Of a stretch of DNA of 64,000 nt, positions 39,890 through 54,279 are shown one piece after another. The stretch's first letter is position 1, and every line of letters begins with the position of its first letter. The notes beneath the pieces are model-generated. The model was not told the origin of the DNA and made no database searches. It saw nothing but the letters and a program-made list of their open reading frames with translations. Both the position numbers and the translations under genes were made by a program. The DNA is from Octopus sinensis. Lineage: Eukaryota. The stretch is taken from assembly GCF_006345805.1 (NCBI RefSeq), contig NC_043001.1, forward strand, positions 96,224,001-96,288,000. Direction: 5' to 3'.

Positions 39890-41090
39890 TGCAATATCCT
39901 ATTGCCGAACGTTTTGAAAGGAACGACAGACTGGAGACAGTGGACTTCAGTGACTGTTGACTAAAGATGTAGTGAGCCTGAGAAAAACCGATTTTACGTG
40001 ACGAAGTGGTAGGTGTTTTGAGCCACTGCGAATGACAACTTGTCGTCACAGGATTTTCTGTCATACAAGAAAACTGGAAGCATTCCTTTTTGGGCGAGCT
40101 GTTGAGTAGCGATATTGCTGAGAAAGGATCTTAAACGATATAAAAGAAACGAAGGACTTCACGTCCATAGCTCTGGTAAACAGAGGGTTAAAGTCTTTTG
40201 CAAAGACGCTCGTTAAGAGGTTGGCGTTTGTCGTCAGAGATGTGAACAATTGTGAAATCCTCGATAGATCTATCCATAACTATTTCCATCTATTTGAAAT
40301 TCATTGGAGCGTGGTACAGGAATAGGTCAGGCTTGGATAGGATATTGATCAATTTGGACCAGACTAAAGCTTAAAACAGTCGACCATCACTATGTATCGA
40401 TCTCCTATGATTAATTGATTTCAGTCGTGTCTTCAGAGACTGAATCGCTATATCAAACTGTAGCATTTACTCAGTGGCTAAACAAAATGGTCATCTCTCG
40501 AATTGCATTTCCTTGCGTATTCGATTCACGAAGGATATACTTCTCTTCGCTTCTGTATGTTTTCAGAACGGGAGCCATTATCGTGGCCACTCATTCACTT
40601 CTGGAAAACCTTCAGGCAAAGAATTTCCCAAATTCCTTAACCCGGTATTGCTGTAAGGGGAAATTCGTGGTCAAGACTGGTAAAAACATGGAAGCGCCAG
40701 CAACGGAGCCTGTCTGAGATGCGTGCAGAGCGATGAAATGGTTCTGCGCACTCATTTACTTTCTGTGCATTGCCAACTCGAGGGCTTGCTTCGAATAGCT
40801 GCTAACACATGTAGGAAAGACCCTATTATAAGTTAGATTTATCGTGTAGATCAATCTGCCACCTCCCTATTACGAGAAAGTTCAACTACCTTTGGTCTGC
40901 CTGTTGGTTATGGCAAAAGATGTATGGAAGACGTGGTAGAAAGGATTATATTTCTCGTGGAGCCCTCATCAACTTCTACAAGTACCATTTGAAGAGGACG
41001 AACTGAGGACGGACAGGAAATACTTCTTCCAGTATGTTTTCCGAAAGATGAGTGAATGCAGCGTGAGTGACGAAGATGAATAATCCTTAA
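39890..41090 (+). mobile_element. Decayed Tx1/L1-clade LINE ORF2 relic
   Basis: DFTSIALVNRGLKSFAKTLVKRLAFVV (cf. RPITLLN.D.KILAK.LA.RL), RSIHNYFHL, ILINLDQTKA (cf. LD..KAFD) and LINFYKYHLKR; deletions and stops. Confidence 0.75.
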
Positions 41091-41214
41091 AGACTGAGTG
41101 GATCTGGCAAACGAGTCACGCGATGATTAATGTTTATACAAACTGGAGACAGCGTATCTGTATTTTTGTTGCTGTATTAGGAGCAAAGTTTATCCTCGTC
41201 CTCCTCTTCGTCCT

Positions 41215-41275
41215 CCTCCTCGTCCTCCTCTTCGTCCTCCTCCTCGTCCTCCTCTTCGTCCTCCTCCTCGTCCTC
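41215..41275. repeat. (CTC/CGT)-based minisatellite, 24-bp period
   Basis: cgtcctcctcttcgtcctcctcct repeated about 2.5 times. Confidence 0.9.
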
Positions 41276-41624
41276 ATTGTTTTAGCGTCCACTTTTCCAA
41301 GCTTGTATAGGTAAGAAGGAATTTGTTGAGGTGGATTTTCTATAGCCTGATTTCCTTCATGTCACCGACCCTCATCTGTTTCGAAGGAAGGTAATATTTC
41401 CTAACGACCAGACATATCTCAGAAGATTTGAAACGAAGGGCTTGCATGATGGTGACACTCGCTAACTGCAATCATGCAATGTCAAGCCAAGGAAACTGTA
41501 ACACATTTGTGTTGTACTTAGAAATCCTGTGTCTGCTGTATATGCGGCCCACATTTATAAATACTTATGTACACACATATACATGCATTCATTACTGTGT
41601 ATGTACCCTCATGCCTACCTAAAT

Positions 41625-42031
41625 AAGCGCTGAGCCACATTTAATTTTGACGAGGAGTATTTAGTAGACCCCAGTACGCAACTGGCACTTAATTTATCGA
41701 CCCTGAAAGGATGAAAGGCAAAGTCAACCTCGGCGGAATTTGAACTCAGAACGTAAAAACAGACGAAATACCGCTAAGCGGAGTGCTAACGTTTCTGTCA
41801 GCACACCGCCTTAGTCGTTAGACATATTCTTTTCTACACTAGGCACAAGGCCCGAAATTTTGGGGGAAGGGAACAGTCGATTAGATGGAACCCAGCACGC
41901 AACTGGTACTTAATTTATCAACACCAAAAGGATGAAAAGCAAAGTCGACCTCAGTGGAATTTGAACTTAGAACGTAAAGACAGACGAAATACCACTAAGT
42001 GGAGTGCTAACGTTTCTGCCAGCTCGTCGCC
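41625..42031 (-). mobile_element. Two tandem SINE-D monomers sharing a head deletion
   Basis: Both read cc(g/a)ctaag(c/t)ggagtgctaac, lacking atttcgccc, and both are followed by ttagtc(g/a)ttagaca(t/c)att; likely a local duplication. Confidence 0.8.
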
Positions 42032-42084
42032 TTAGTCATTAGACACATTGAACTATAAACTCGTTCTGTTAGAAAATAACTGGT

Positions 42085-42350
42085 TGAGTACTCCACAGAC
42101 ACGTGTCTTATTAACGTAAATATCTAGTAGAATCAGCGCGACACACGGTGTAACAAGGTTGGATCATTGAATTACAGGTTCAATCCATTGCTACGAGGTT
42201 CCGCACAGTTTCCATCAATTCAATTTCACCCATAACGCTAGGAATGATGCAAAGCTAAGGTTAACGAAATTTGCTTAAAATGCCACCGAGAGGGACCGAA
42301 CCTGGTACATCATGAATGCAAAGCAAATCTCTTAATCATTCAACCATGAT
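42085..42350 (-). mobile_element. Old chimeric SINE: B-like head/core with the A type-1 tail
   Basis: ctccacagacacgtg..ttaacgta..cagcgcgacacac matches 2621-2680 and continues into cagtttccatc..aatttcac...gggaccgaacc (B-like). Confidence 0.6.
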
Positions 42351-42388
42351 AACACATACACAGAACCATACGTACATACATACATACA

Positions 42389-42419
<31 letters not shown>

Positions 42420-42937
42420 GCACACATACATATGCACACATACATACATATGCATACATACTTATGCATGCATACATACATACATAATATATAAGCATAC
42501 ATAGATGCCTACAGACGCACATACATAGATAAGTACATGCGTAAATATATATATATATATACATTCATACTTAGATACGCTCCCACATACATGCATGTAT
42601 GTATGCATAGTGCATATATACATGCATATATGCATATATACGGGTATACATACACACACACGTACATAGAGTACATGCGTATATTTTACGTACATACATA
42701 CATATATATATATATACAGTTATACATACATACATATATATATATACAGTTATACATACGTACGTAATGAATGAATACAGAAAAATACACACATTTATAC
42801 GTATCTATATACATACATACACACATACGTCCATACATACTTACATTCATACATACGTTTATACATGCAGTCATACATATCTACATATACACATCAATCC
42901 ATCCATCCATCCATTCATACATACATACATACATATT

Positions 42938-43815
42938 AAACTTTCCAGAAATTTATCATTTAAATATATATATGAGCATGTCTAGATATGCAACTATATG
43001 CATGAGAATACATACCTAAAACTAGACATACAAATCTGCACATATACATACATACATACATACATACATACTACATACATACATACATACATACATACAT
43101 ACTACATACATACATACATATATATAAAACTTGATGTTGAAGGAGCTTTGGATCTAGGTTAGAAACCTGCTCTTTCTCCATTGGCCAGAAATCTCTTCTA
43201 CTCTAGGCACAAGGCTCTAAATTTTGGGGGAGGTTCCAGTCGATTAGATGGACCCCAGTGCGTAACTGGTACTTAATTTATCGACTCCGAAAAGATGAAA
43301 GGCAAAGTCGACTTCGGCAGAATTTGAACTCAGAACGTAAAGACAGACGAAATACTGCTAAGCGTTTCAACCGGCGTACTAACGTTTCTTATTTCTTTAT
43401 TGCCCACAAGGGGCTATACATAGAGGGGACAAACAAGGACAGACAAAGGGATTCGGTACTTAATTTATCGACCCTGAAAGGATGAAAGGCAAATTCGACC
43501 TCGGCGGAGTTTGGACTCTGAACGCAACGGCAGACGAAATACCTATTTCTTTACTGTCCACAAGGGGCTACACACAGAGGGGACAAACAAGGACAGACAA
43601 ACGGATTAAGTCGATTATATCGACCCCAGTGCGTAACTGGTACTTAATTTATCGACCCGAAAGAATGAACGGCAAAGTCGACCTCGGCAGAATTTGAACT
43701 CACACCGTAACGACAGACGAAATACCGCTAAGCACTTCGCCCGGCGTGCTAACGCTTCTGTCAGCTCGCCGCCTTCATTGGCAAGAAATCTTGAAATAAA
43801 CCTAAGCAACGACAT
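42938..43815 (+). mobile_element. Second R4/Dong-like 3' end, split by a SINE-D trimer
   Basis: actttccagaaatttatcatttaa encodes TFQKFII*, versus TSQKFII* ending at 34563; UTR homologous to 34564-34894 and resumes at 43776. Confidence 0.8.
43195..43775 (-). mobile_element. SINE-D trimer with 16-bp TSD
   Basis: Same unit order and junctions as 13385-13969; flanked by cattggc(c/a)agaaatct at 43179-43194 and 43776-43791. Confidence 0.9.
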
Positions 43816-44105
43816 ACATACATTCGTATATACCTACGTGTGTACGTACATACATACGTATATACACACATGACTACCAAGTTGATGTTTAAATTTTCTA
43901 TGAAAGAATCCTGTACGTGGTTCTTTGTTGGTGATAAATTCAAAAAATATAACCAAAAATACAATCTTATAAGCACTAACAAACCTAAACACATACTCAT
44001 ATATAAATCTATATACGCTCATGTCTTTTCATATAGACGTAAGTAAATATGTATAAGGTGATGTGCGTGGGTTAATGCCTTTGTATACTAATGTCTGCAT
44101 GATGG

Positions 44106-44197
<92 letters not shown>

Positions 44198-44316
44198 CGT
44201 ATGTATGTAAGTATATATGTTTGTGTACATAAAGACATATGTATATATATATATTTTCAAATATATGCATATGTATATATATAAAGATATATATATAAAT
44301 ATATACATATAGATAG

Positions 44317-44365
<49 letters not shown>

Positions 44366-44540
44366 TATAATATATATATGTATGTTTATATGTATGTACA
44401 CACACATACATATATTATATAAATACATCCACATATGTATGTATTTACATACATACATAATATGCATAAACAAAGTTACATCTATATATTCATATATACA
44501 TATACATACATATTATATACATATTATATACATATATATT

Positions 44541-44582
<42 letters not shown>

Positions 44583-45345
44583 ATGATCTGTTGTGTGGTG
44601 TGTGTGTGTGTGTGTATACATATATAGAAGCACTCTAAGGGAACCGTGTATGCTGTCAACGACATAACTACACAAACGTGCGGCAGCAAAATAAAAGTTT
44701 TACTTTATTTCACTTGTTTCGGCGAACGCTTATCTCTTCACCAGTTTTGTGTAAATTTTTATACTTAGTTCTTCGATTAGACTAAAGGTAACCAGCGCCT
44801 GACATGGCGTATCTTAATAAGGTCATTAATATTCATTCTAGGAAATGGTCGGTATTTTCACAACACACACTATTGGCCTGACGCCGGGAAGATATATCTA
44901 AGAGCATTTGTAAAAAGAAAGCGATTAGTTAAACCAAGTTTCTTTTGTCAAGCCACCATGAATTTGTCTATTCAGTGATAGTCCGGTGTGAATTACCTAA
45001 CCTGAAGTATACACCCGCGCCTTTGGCGCTTTAAATTGAGAAGTTACTTGCTGGACATTTAATTAGTTAGTTACAGAATGGAAATTGAGTGAAGCGTAAT
45101 AGATATGTTTCGGTGTCTATTGCAGACTGGACTTAACGTGTCCGTCTCTTCGTTTGCGTCTTTACATTTATTTTCCCCTCTGATTGTCTTTTCGTCTGAT
45201 CGTTTTCCGCTTGTCTGGACGTCTTCTTTCTTCATCACTAGTGAACCGACACATCTATTCATCCATCCATTCATTCATTCATTCGTTCATTCATTCATTC
45301 ATTCATTCATTCATTCATTCGTTTATACATAGGTATTCTTATATA

Positions 45346-45710
45346 TTTTACTTGTTTCAGTTATTAGACTGCGGCCATGCAGGGGCACTGCTTTGGACAA
45401 TTTATTTTAGGCGAATGAATCGACCCCGGGACAAAATATTTGTTTTGTTAAACCTGGCACTTATTCTGTCGGTCTTCTTTGCTGAACCGTTAAGTTACTG
45501 GGGCGTAAATGCACCAACACCTGGGACAAACGCACACACACACAGACATGCACACACACTCACACATATACGATGAGCTTCTTTCAGTTTCTATTTACCA
45601 AATACACTCACAAGGCTTTGGTCGGCACGAGACTATAATAGAAGGTACATGCTTAATGTGCCACACAGTGGAACTGAACCTAGAGCCATGTGGTTCGGAA
45701 GCAAGCTTTT

Positions 45711-45718
<8 letters not shown>
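45346..45718 (-). mobile_element. SINE family B, diverged
   Basis: Tail, core and head recognisable. Confidence 0.8.
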
Positions 45719-45743
<25 letters not shown>

Positions 45744-45786
45744 TATACACTCATATGTGTGTATCTGTATGCTTTTATTTCCATAT

Positions 45787-46180
45787 ACTTTAACTTGTTT
45801 CAGTCATTCGACTGCGACCACGCTGGAGCATCGCCTTGAATGGTTGAGTCGAACAAAATCAACCTCAGCATTTATATATTTATTTAAAAGTCTGGTCCTT
45901 ATTACATCCGTTGCTTATGTCAGACCGCTAAGTTACGAGTAAGCAAACAATCCGGCGCACCGATTGTCACGCCGTGGGCGATAAACACACACACACACAA
46001 CACACACACACACTTATACGTTGGTTTTGCACACAGTTTACCGTTTACCAAATTCACGCATATGCATTGCTCGATCCGAGGTTATAGCATAAGAAATACA
46101 TCCTGCCCAGGGTACCCCGCAGGAGTATTTGAACCTGAGACCATGTAGTTGCGAAGGCGAACTTCTTAACTTGCACAGCA
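45787..46180 (-). mobile_element. SINE family B, strongly diverged
   Basis: cttgtttcagtcattcgactgcg tail; accaaattcacgca core; gaacctgagaccatgtagtt head. Confidence 0.7.
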
Positions 46181-46181
46181 A

Positions 46182-46184
<3 letters not shown>

Positions 46185-46242
<58 letters not shown>

Positions 46243-46254
46243 GTCTGTCTATCT

Positions 46255-46285
<31 letters not shown>

Positions 46286-46291
46286 CGCCTG

Positions 46292-46366
<75 letters not shown>

Positions 46367-46449
46367 GTCTCTCTGTCTATCTATCTATCTATGCATCCAT
46401 CCACCAATCCATCCACCCTCCATCCATTCATCCATCCATCCATCCATCC

Positions 46450-46509
<60 letters not shown>

Positions 46510-46635
46510 CTACAGATATGAATATACGTATACACGTGCCCACACGCACGCGCCCACACGCACGCGCCCACACGCACGCGCCCACACGCACGCGCCCACA
46601 CGCACGCACCCACACGCACGCGCTCACACGTACGC
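46185..46635. repeat. (TATC)/(TGTC)/(TCCA) microsatellites followed by a 14-bp CpG-rich minisatellite
   Basis: cccacacgcacgcg repeated about 6 times at 46539-46625. Confidence 0.9.
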
Positions 46636-47063
46636 GCACACACAATTATGTTAGGAATCAAGAGATGATTCACATTGTTACTCTTCACCCCCCCCCAACC
46701 TCTCGTTCGACGAAGCTATTGCGGATGAGATGAAAGAGATGTTTCGAAATGACACCCGTAAGGCCGATTCTCACTGCCTGAGGTCGGTTATCTAATTATT
46801 TGTATTGATGTAAAGGAAAGCACTCAGATCTGATCTGCGATTGTCAGGAATGGCAATATCATATAATAAGAAAGCCCACATCTATGATAGATGTAAAGAA
46901 GACTTGAGAAGAATTTTCAAGGAATTGCATTTAAATATCATTATAGCTAGCATTAACCTATAATTAGCTGACATTTAAGGCACACCGCTAAGTATTTATA
47001 CGGGCAAATGTTGCTCCCACAGGAAGCCATACAAGGAAACTCTAGATATATAAATTTCAGATC

Positions 47064-47337
47064 ATATATAAATTTCATGTCACTGCTTTAGCTTTTGAGA
47101 TTTTGTATATTTATTTATTCCCCAGTAAAAAAACAAAACAAAAAACAATTACCACCCCTGTCCCGAATAATAACGATCAGAAATTACCTCACCTTAGATT
47201 TTTCTACTTGTTGATTCATTTACAAACTTCCTTCCAAGAATATGGACTAAAATCTTCTCAAGAACAAACGAAATTACAATAATTTCAATGTCGTGGTTAG
47301 CGAAAGCGAAAGCGAAACCGGTCGACAAACACAATAA
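47064..47337. repeat. ~265-bp direct repeat, copy 1 (copy 2 at 47873-48129)
   Basis: atttcatgtcactgctttagc...accggtcgacaaacacaata in both copies; copy 1 is flanked by 18-bp direct repeats. Confidence 0.9.
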
Positions 47338-48204
47338 ATATATAAATTTCAGATCTGAAATTATTTGCAAAATTATTTGCAGTGGTCTTAGTTTGTATAC
47401 TTTCCGTCACTGCATCGCATATTTAATCTCGCCCCCAAACACACAAATATCATAGATTCTCCCATCGTTAGACGATGTATGAGGATTCTGCAATTCCTTG
47501 CTGACCAGCCACACAGAGGATTTTTTTATTGCGATCAAATGTTTCTGTTCACATAAGCTCCTTCCCTCCAACAAATCGACATTACCTGTACAGGTGCACA
47601 ACGTGTCACCTGACGAAATAATCGTAGAGCAACAGATTAGGCATCGAACTCACGATCTCGCAATGCTGAGTGTAACAGACTAACCACTAAACCATGCGTC
47701 TTCACGAATATACATATTTTCTATATTTTATTTAAATATATATATGGTCTTTATTTAAATAAAAGAAAATTTATTTATTGAAAAATACAGAACACGCCTA
47801 GATATGAACGCATAACCAACTTTAGTCTCAGTATATATTGTAATTCATGATTACTTACGCATCACTGTACATATTTCATGTCACTGCTTTAGCTTTTAAG
47901 TTTTTGTATACTTATTTATTATCCCCACCCCCCCCCCCCAAGAACAATTACCTCCCCTGTCCTGAATAATAACGATCATAAATTACCTCATCTTAGATTT
48001 TTCTTCTTGTTGATTCATTCACAAATTTCCTTCCAAGAACATGGACTAAAATCTTCTTAAGAACAAACGAAATTCCAATAATTTCAATCTCGTGGTTAGC
48101 GAATGCGAAACCGGTCGACAAACACAATACTTTCTCACTTATAAGATATATAAAAAAATAAATTAAAACTATGTGCATTTTCCTTCTTTTATTTTATATA
48201 TATA

Positions 48205-48711
48205 CTAGCAGTATCGCCCGGCGTTGCTCGGGTTTGTAAGGGAAATAACTATATAAGCATTTTTAGAGAGTTACTTCCCTTATAAATTCGGGCTTTTCTA
48301 GCCATTTTTGTTTTGGTGTCTTCATGCCATGAAGTCGTGTTCTAAAAAGAACGCTGGTTTCCTTCACAACGCATACGACGACGTTGATTTCTTTACACTC
48401 CCTTCCCCACAGCTTCACGAGGGAGGGAAGGGGGAGAAGCAAACAGGTGCAGCTGTGAGCGTGGACGCCAACTCCGCCGCCATCGACATACGATGCATTT
48501 TATGCATTAAAATGGAATAAAAAATGATGTTAATTATTTTTTTAAAATCGTAGACTCATCGTTGACGCGCGCTAATAGTCAGACGGGCTCGATATGAATC
48601 ACGACTATAAGATACCCGAATTTGGTTAAACTGCACCGCAAAATGTGGGAGGAGTTAGGAATCTAAATCGAAGGGGACAGACACTCACACAACTAGAGTT
48701 TTATATATAGA
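48205..48711 (-). mobile_element. Non-autonomous Helitron, copy 2
   Basis: A|TC...cccgagcaacgccggg hairpin...CTAG|T on the minus strand; termini shared with 18273-18663. Confidence 0.8.
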
Positions 48712-48734
48712 TATACATAGCGCAGTAGTGGTGA

Positions 48735-49318
48735 GATGTGACAGCAAAGAAAAGCATACATTCACTCTCTGCATGCAATTAGACTCGGAAAGTTCGTGAG
48801 GAACCCATTGACCCATTTGCTGACTTTTCCGATAGCACACAGGTATCAATGAATGGTTGAATGACCAAATCCAAGCTTCTCTGCTAGTTCCTCAACAGTT
48901 ACGATGAGATTTTGTTCCACCAGGGTTTTCAGGATGTCCTTGTCGAGTTCTACAGATCTTTCAGGATGAGGCTCGTCTTCTAGGCTGTAGTTTATGGCTC
49001 GGAATTTCTGGAACCACCATTGACACTGCCTTACGCTTATTGTCCAATCCCCATATACTGCATTAATATTTCTTGTACTTTCCGTTGCGTTGTTGTCTTT
49101 ATTGAACTCATAAAGCAAATATGCCAAATATGCTCCTTTGTTACTTCCAATATAGCTTTGAAAAAAATAGCTGTTAAAATCGAAATGCACTCTTCAAAAC
49201 TTGCACTATGAATAAGGACAAGATAAAATTACTACCTGCTTTTATAGCAAGTTAATATAAGTAGTTTATCCCATTCCCCTCTGACTTTTAGTTCAAGCTG
49301 TTGAAAAAACCGCATTAT
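48735..49318 (-). mobile_element. Mariner 5' half (cecropia/Hsmar1-like HTH region to WVPHEL)
   Basis: LLYEFNKDNNATESTRNINAVYG...WFQKFR...SLEDEP...VTVEELAEKL...GQWVPHEL; partial TIR taatgcggtttttt. Confidence 0.85.
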
Positions 49319-49699
49319 ATATATAACATACATACATACATACATATACATACACACACACACTCTCTCTCTCACACACATGCACACATTTATATTATGT
49401 TATTCTTTTATATGTTTCAGCCTTGAGGTTGTGGCCATGCTGGATCATGTGTGTGTGTGTGTGTGTGTGTCTATCTGTCTGTCTGTCTGTATGTATATAT
49501 GTATATGTATGTGTGTGAACAATATTTTCAACAAATGTGTTGCAAATGTATCTGATTGTTCTCAAGCTTCAATACTGTGTGTGTGTATATGTGTGTGTGT
49601 GTATGTATGTATGTATATGTATGTATGTATGTATATGTATGTATGTATGTATGTGTGTATGTATGTATGTGTGTGTGTATGTATGTATGTGTGTGTGTA

Positions 49700-49734
<35 letters not shown>

Positions 49735-50900
49735 ATGTATGTATGTATGAGTGTATGTTTACTTTATTACTAACACAAGCCACTACGGTTATTTAATGTA
49801 AAGTCTTCCTCAAATCACTCTCTCTCGCTATTTACTCTCTTCCAAGAACATTTTCACTCACTCTTATCTGTTAGCTTCCCATACATTTTACTCATGTATC
49901 TATCAGCGTCATAGACAGAAACAAATATTACCTCGCCATCGTCATCGCATTCTATTGTCTACCTGTCAACACACTGAATTACTTTCACTTTATTCGTAGC
50001 ACACTGTGTGTGTGCGTTTGCGTGTGCTGTAAACCAGACTAAGAAAAGCATTGACATACACCCAGAATGTGAGTTTTCTGTAAATTTTGCTTAATTGGAG
50101 TTTAAATTTTAAAAACTGGACCTGGCATGACCCGATGCATTCTACTCTTAAAAATGCTAGGTAAATTGTAATTGAAGAAATCCTATATTGTAGATTTCTA
50201 TAAGATACAAAGGGAGGCAGATAAAATCTGCCTTTTATAATAAGAGATATTTTGCATTACAACTCACAACGTGGGGATAATCGGAATTCTCCTCCTCTCT
50301 TTTCTTACTATATATATATTATATTAAATTAGAGATAAAATCACTATTAGGCAAATCAATCAGTGAAAATCATAAGCCAATACATAGAAATAAAATTAAT
50401 TAAAAAATATATAAAAAATATAAAATATAAAATATAAAAATCCAATTAAAATATTTAAATATTAGAGATAAAACCACTACTAGGCAAATCAATCATTGAA
50501 AATCATAAGCCAATACATAGAAATAAAATTAATCAAAAAATATATAAAAAATATAAAATATAAAAATCCAATTAAAATATTTAAATTAAAGTTAAAATTT
50601 TAAAAAATTATTTAAATTAATAATTTAAACTTATAAATTATAAATATATATATATTTTTATTATCATTTTATTTAATTATTTATTTTTTATATTTATTTA
50701 TATTTTTTATTTTTTTTATTTTTTATTTTTTTAATTTTTATTTATTTATTTTTTTTATATTTTTATATTTAAAAAATTTTTATATTTTATATTTATTTAT
50801 TTATTTCTTTTTTTATAAACTATCAAAAAGTATTAAAAGTTTAATAAGATAAAGAGTAAAAACACATATATATATCTATACATACATACATACACACACA

Positions 50901-50975
<75 letters not shown>

Positions 50976-50999
50976 TTATATGTATGTATGTATGTATGT

Positions 51000-51161
51000 G
51001 TGAGTGCACATTTATTTTCTTTCCTTGTTTCTTTCTGTGGAAGAGCGTAGGCTCGAAACGTTAAAGACTTTTTCACTTCTCGAGCGTTAAACTAATACAT
51101 CTGTTTGTTGTCTACACCACCTGTCTTCGTCTTTTGTGTTTTTGTGAATTATCCCTCTATA
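51000..51161 (+). mobile_element. PLE-type terminal repeat fragment with a degenerate hammerhead
   Basis: CTTT-CTGTGGA-A-GAGC-gtag-GCTC-GAAA-CGTT-AAAG at 51031-51066, then ttctcgagcgttaaactaatac and a T-rich end. Confidence 0.55.
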
Positions 51162-51163
51162 TA

Positions 51164-52261
51164 CGAGGGGTGTATGAAAAGTTTTGAGCCTAACCTAGAA
51201 ACGGGGCTGCTAGGTAGCTGAAACAATTTTTTATGGTAAGTGCAGTCTTTTTGAAGTATTCTTGCTCATTTTCATGATTCTGATATCTTAATTTTTTTGT
51301 TACAGATTTTTTAATAAACAGGAGTCGAGGTTACAAGGAAAATGGAGAAAACTGAGTATCGTGCTGTCAGAAATCCATGGAGATATGGTGAGAACCTTAA
51401 CAGACAATGCTCCTTCATATGCAACAGTCAATCGCTGGGTAAATGAATTCCAGCGTAGCTGAGAGAGTGTGGAAGATGATCCTACACCAGGGAGGCCTCC
51501 AACTGTAATCACCGAGGACAGCATTGACCTTGCTCTTGGTATGATAATGCAAGATTGGTGAATATCATGTCGCCAGATTGCTGAGAGACTGGGCATCTCA
51601 AATGAAAGAGCAGACAACATTGTGACAAAAGAACTTGGGTTCTCAAACCAAAGAAACCAAAGAACAATCAAAGCAGTGGAAGCACGCATTTTCTCCTACC
51701 CCAAAGAAGGCCAGGTCATTCCATCAGCAAGCAAGGTCGTGGCGTTAGTTTTTTGGATTTTCAGGGTGTCTTGCTGATCGATTACCTTGAAAAGGGTCAC
51801 ACCGCGACAGGGATGTATTATTCTCAGCTACTGTAATGCCTCCAGGAAGCAATCAAAGAAAAAAAGCCAGGAATGCTCACCAGAGGAGTCCTTTTTCATC
51901 ACAACAATGCTCCAGCCCACACCTCAGTGGTTGCTATGATAACAATTCGTGATTGTGGATACGAACTTGTTCCCCATCTGCCTTATTCGTCAGACTTAGC
52001 CCTCTCTGACTTTCATCTATTCCCCAAAATGAAAAAAGCCCTGGCTGGTTGCCATTTTGCCACTGACAATGACGTCATATACACTGTAGAAAGGTTCTTA
52101 GAGTCTCAAACAAAAGAGTTCCTCTTCACCGGGATAATAGCATTTCAGCACCGCTGGAGAAAGTGTTCAGCCATCAAAGGGGACTATGTTGAAAAATAAA
52201 TCATCAGAAGTCTTGTACTATGTTTTGTTTTTTGAGGCTCAAGACTTTTCAGACACCCATC

Positions 52262-52262
<1 letters not shown>
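51164..52262 (+). mobile_element. Mariner element with both TIRs and TA TSD; transposase dead (irritans/Hsmar2-like)
   Basis: 28-bp TIRs match 25/28; TA on each side; MEKTEYRAV at 51342 through HHNNAPAH, HLPYSSDLALSDFHLF to GDYVEK* at 52199; internal deletions and stops. Confidence 0.92.
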
Positions 52263-52303
<41 letters not shown>

Positions 52304-52497
52304 CGCCTAGTAAATTATTTTATTTGCTAAAAAAAATTAGAAAACTAGGTATAACTGTAAAAAAATAACAAGGTAAACGTTTTTATTTTTCATTCCCTTC
52401 GAAATTGCCCTTAAATGTGGTTTTGGTCGTTTCGACTGCTTATTCAGCGTGTAAAATTACCTGTTAAAAGAAGTTTCTCTTGTGTTTAAATGTACAC

Positions 52498-52543
<46 letters not shown>

Positions 52544-52561
52544 TATATATATACTAGATGC

Positions 52562-52651
52562 GTGCACCTTGGGTAAATGTCTTCTACTATAGTCTCGGCT
52601 GACCAAAGCTTGTGAGTGGATTTGGTAGACGGAAGCTGAAAGAACTCGTCG

Positions 52652-52652
<1 letters not shown>
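52562..52652 (+). mobile_element. SINE family B internal fragment
   Basis: gcaccttgggtaaatgtcttctactatag...ggaagctgaaagaactcgtcgta. Confidence 0.8.
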
Positions 52653-52740
<88 letters not shown>

Positions 52741-52794
52741 TATATATATATATAATACATATATATATATATATGTGTGTGTGTATTTTTAACA

Positions 52795-53015
52795 ATAACG
52801 AAGCTTTCGTGAAAAGTTTCCTAGATTTAAGAGTCTCGCGAAAAGCTTGGTTGGTGGCCCAACCTTTCGAGTTCTTTTACAGGGCTTAGAAAAACTGAAG
52901 GACCGTTGCAATAAGTGTGCGAATCTGAGAAGGGAATATGTTGAATAACAGTAGAGTTAAATGATCCACCTGTATTTTCTTTTACCCAAAGCCAGGAACT
53001 TTTCATCGCCCCTTG
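52795..53015 (+). mobile_element. Mariner 3' fragment with right TIR
   Basis: LQGLEKLKDRCNKCANLRREYVE* then ggaacttttcatcgccccttg|TA. Confidence 0.75.
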
Positions 53016-54209
53016 TATAAGAATCTGTTTGTCTATCTGCTTGACATATGTTCTGTTCGAGCTGCATTAACTGTGCTTTCTGCAATCAAGGAGTACGAAG
53101 TCTTGTTTTACTTGTTTTCGTTTTTGTCTTTTCGTTTCATTTTATGCACGAACGTTCTTCACGATTTTCGTCTCGATTTTCTTTTCTGATTTTCTTATTG
53201 CCTAGCGTCCTTGTTTTTAAAATATATATGACGCATAAACAAAGCCCGAAAGACTGGTTGGCGAGACATGGCGCATTTTATAATTATGCCTAATTAAAGT
53301 ATCATAATAACGTGAAACTATTGGTAGCCCTTTCGTAATGTGTATTAAATTCATTTTTTCTCTCACTGGATGGAATATTTTTTGTTGATTTAACCTATAT
53401 TGGATCTCTTTCTCCCTCTCTCTACCCTTGTTCCTATCTCTCCTTCTCTCTCTCTCTTTCTCTCTCTCAGTCTCTCTCCCTCTCTCTCCCCCCTCTCTCT
53501 CTATATATATACACATATATATAAGAATTTTTTGCGTTATGAGATAAAAAACCAAGGCTGTGTAGATATTAGGACATTTATAGATAGAAGGCCTTACAGC
53601 TGTTTCCAGGATATTTATTAATTATATCCCTTCATCGGAGACGGTGTGAGAGGATGGTTAAGTCATAGTTAGTTTAGAAGGTCAGCCTCGACTTCTCGCA
53701 TATATATATAATATATATATATATAATATATATATTATATATATAATATATATATAATGGATGCTAGATGTGTCGAAACAGTTGTGATTAATAATAAATT
53801 CTCGTATATTCCATTTTCCGTGTTTCATTGACAACACACAACACACGCACGCACACACACACACACACACACACACATGTATATATATACACACACGCAT
53901 ACGTTGTATACAAAGCTATCGTAAACACATGTACCACACTTGCAACTGTCATACATTTTTTTGTCAGCTTCCTGTAGCTTTCTCTTTTCATTGCTTTACA
54001 TTCATTCACTCTCTTTCTCTTTCTCCCCCTCTCTCACACACACACGCACATGCACGCGCACCGTCTCCCTCCCCCCTCTCACTGGTTCATGCGCCTCATC
54101 TATTCTTTCTTTTCCTTACTATCTCTTCTTTCTGTCTCTTGTTTTACTCTTACGTGTCATTTACTTTCATACACACATACACACAGTATTGCGCGCATAG
54201 ACAGATACG

Positions 54210-54279
<70 letters not shown>

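Noticed and set aside
41215-41275. Acidic EDEEE-coding exon on the minus strand
   Set aside because: Short pure minisatellite with no supporting flanking frame or splice sites
46693-46790. Protein-like peptide [18 protein letters not shown] with a downstream GTAAGG donor
   Set aside because: No suitable acceptor, too short and no recognisable homology
48846-52199. Domesticated or active mariner transposase (SETMAR-like)
   Set aside because: Both elements have stops, frameshifts or missing catalytic segments; no SET domain seen
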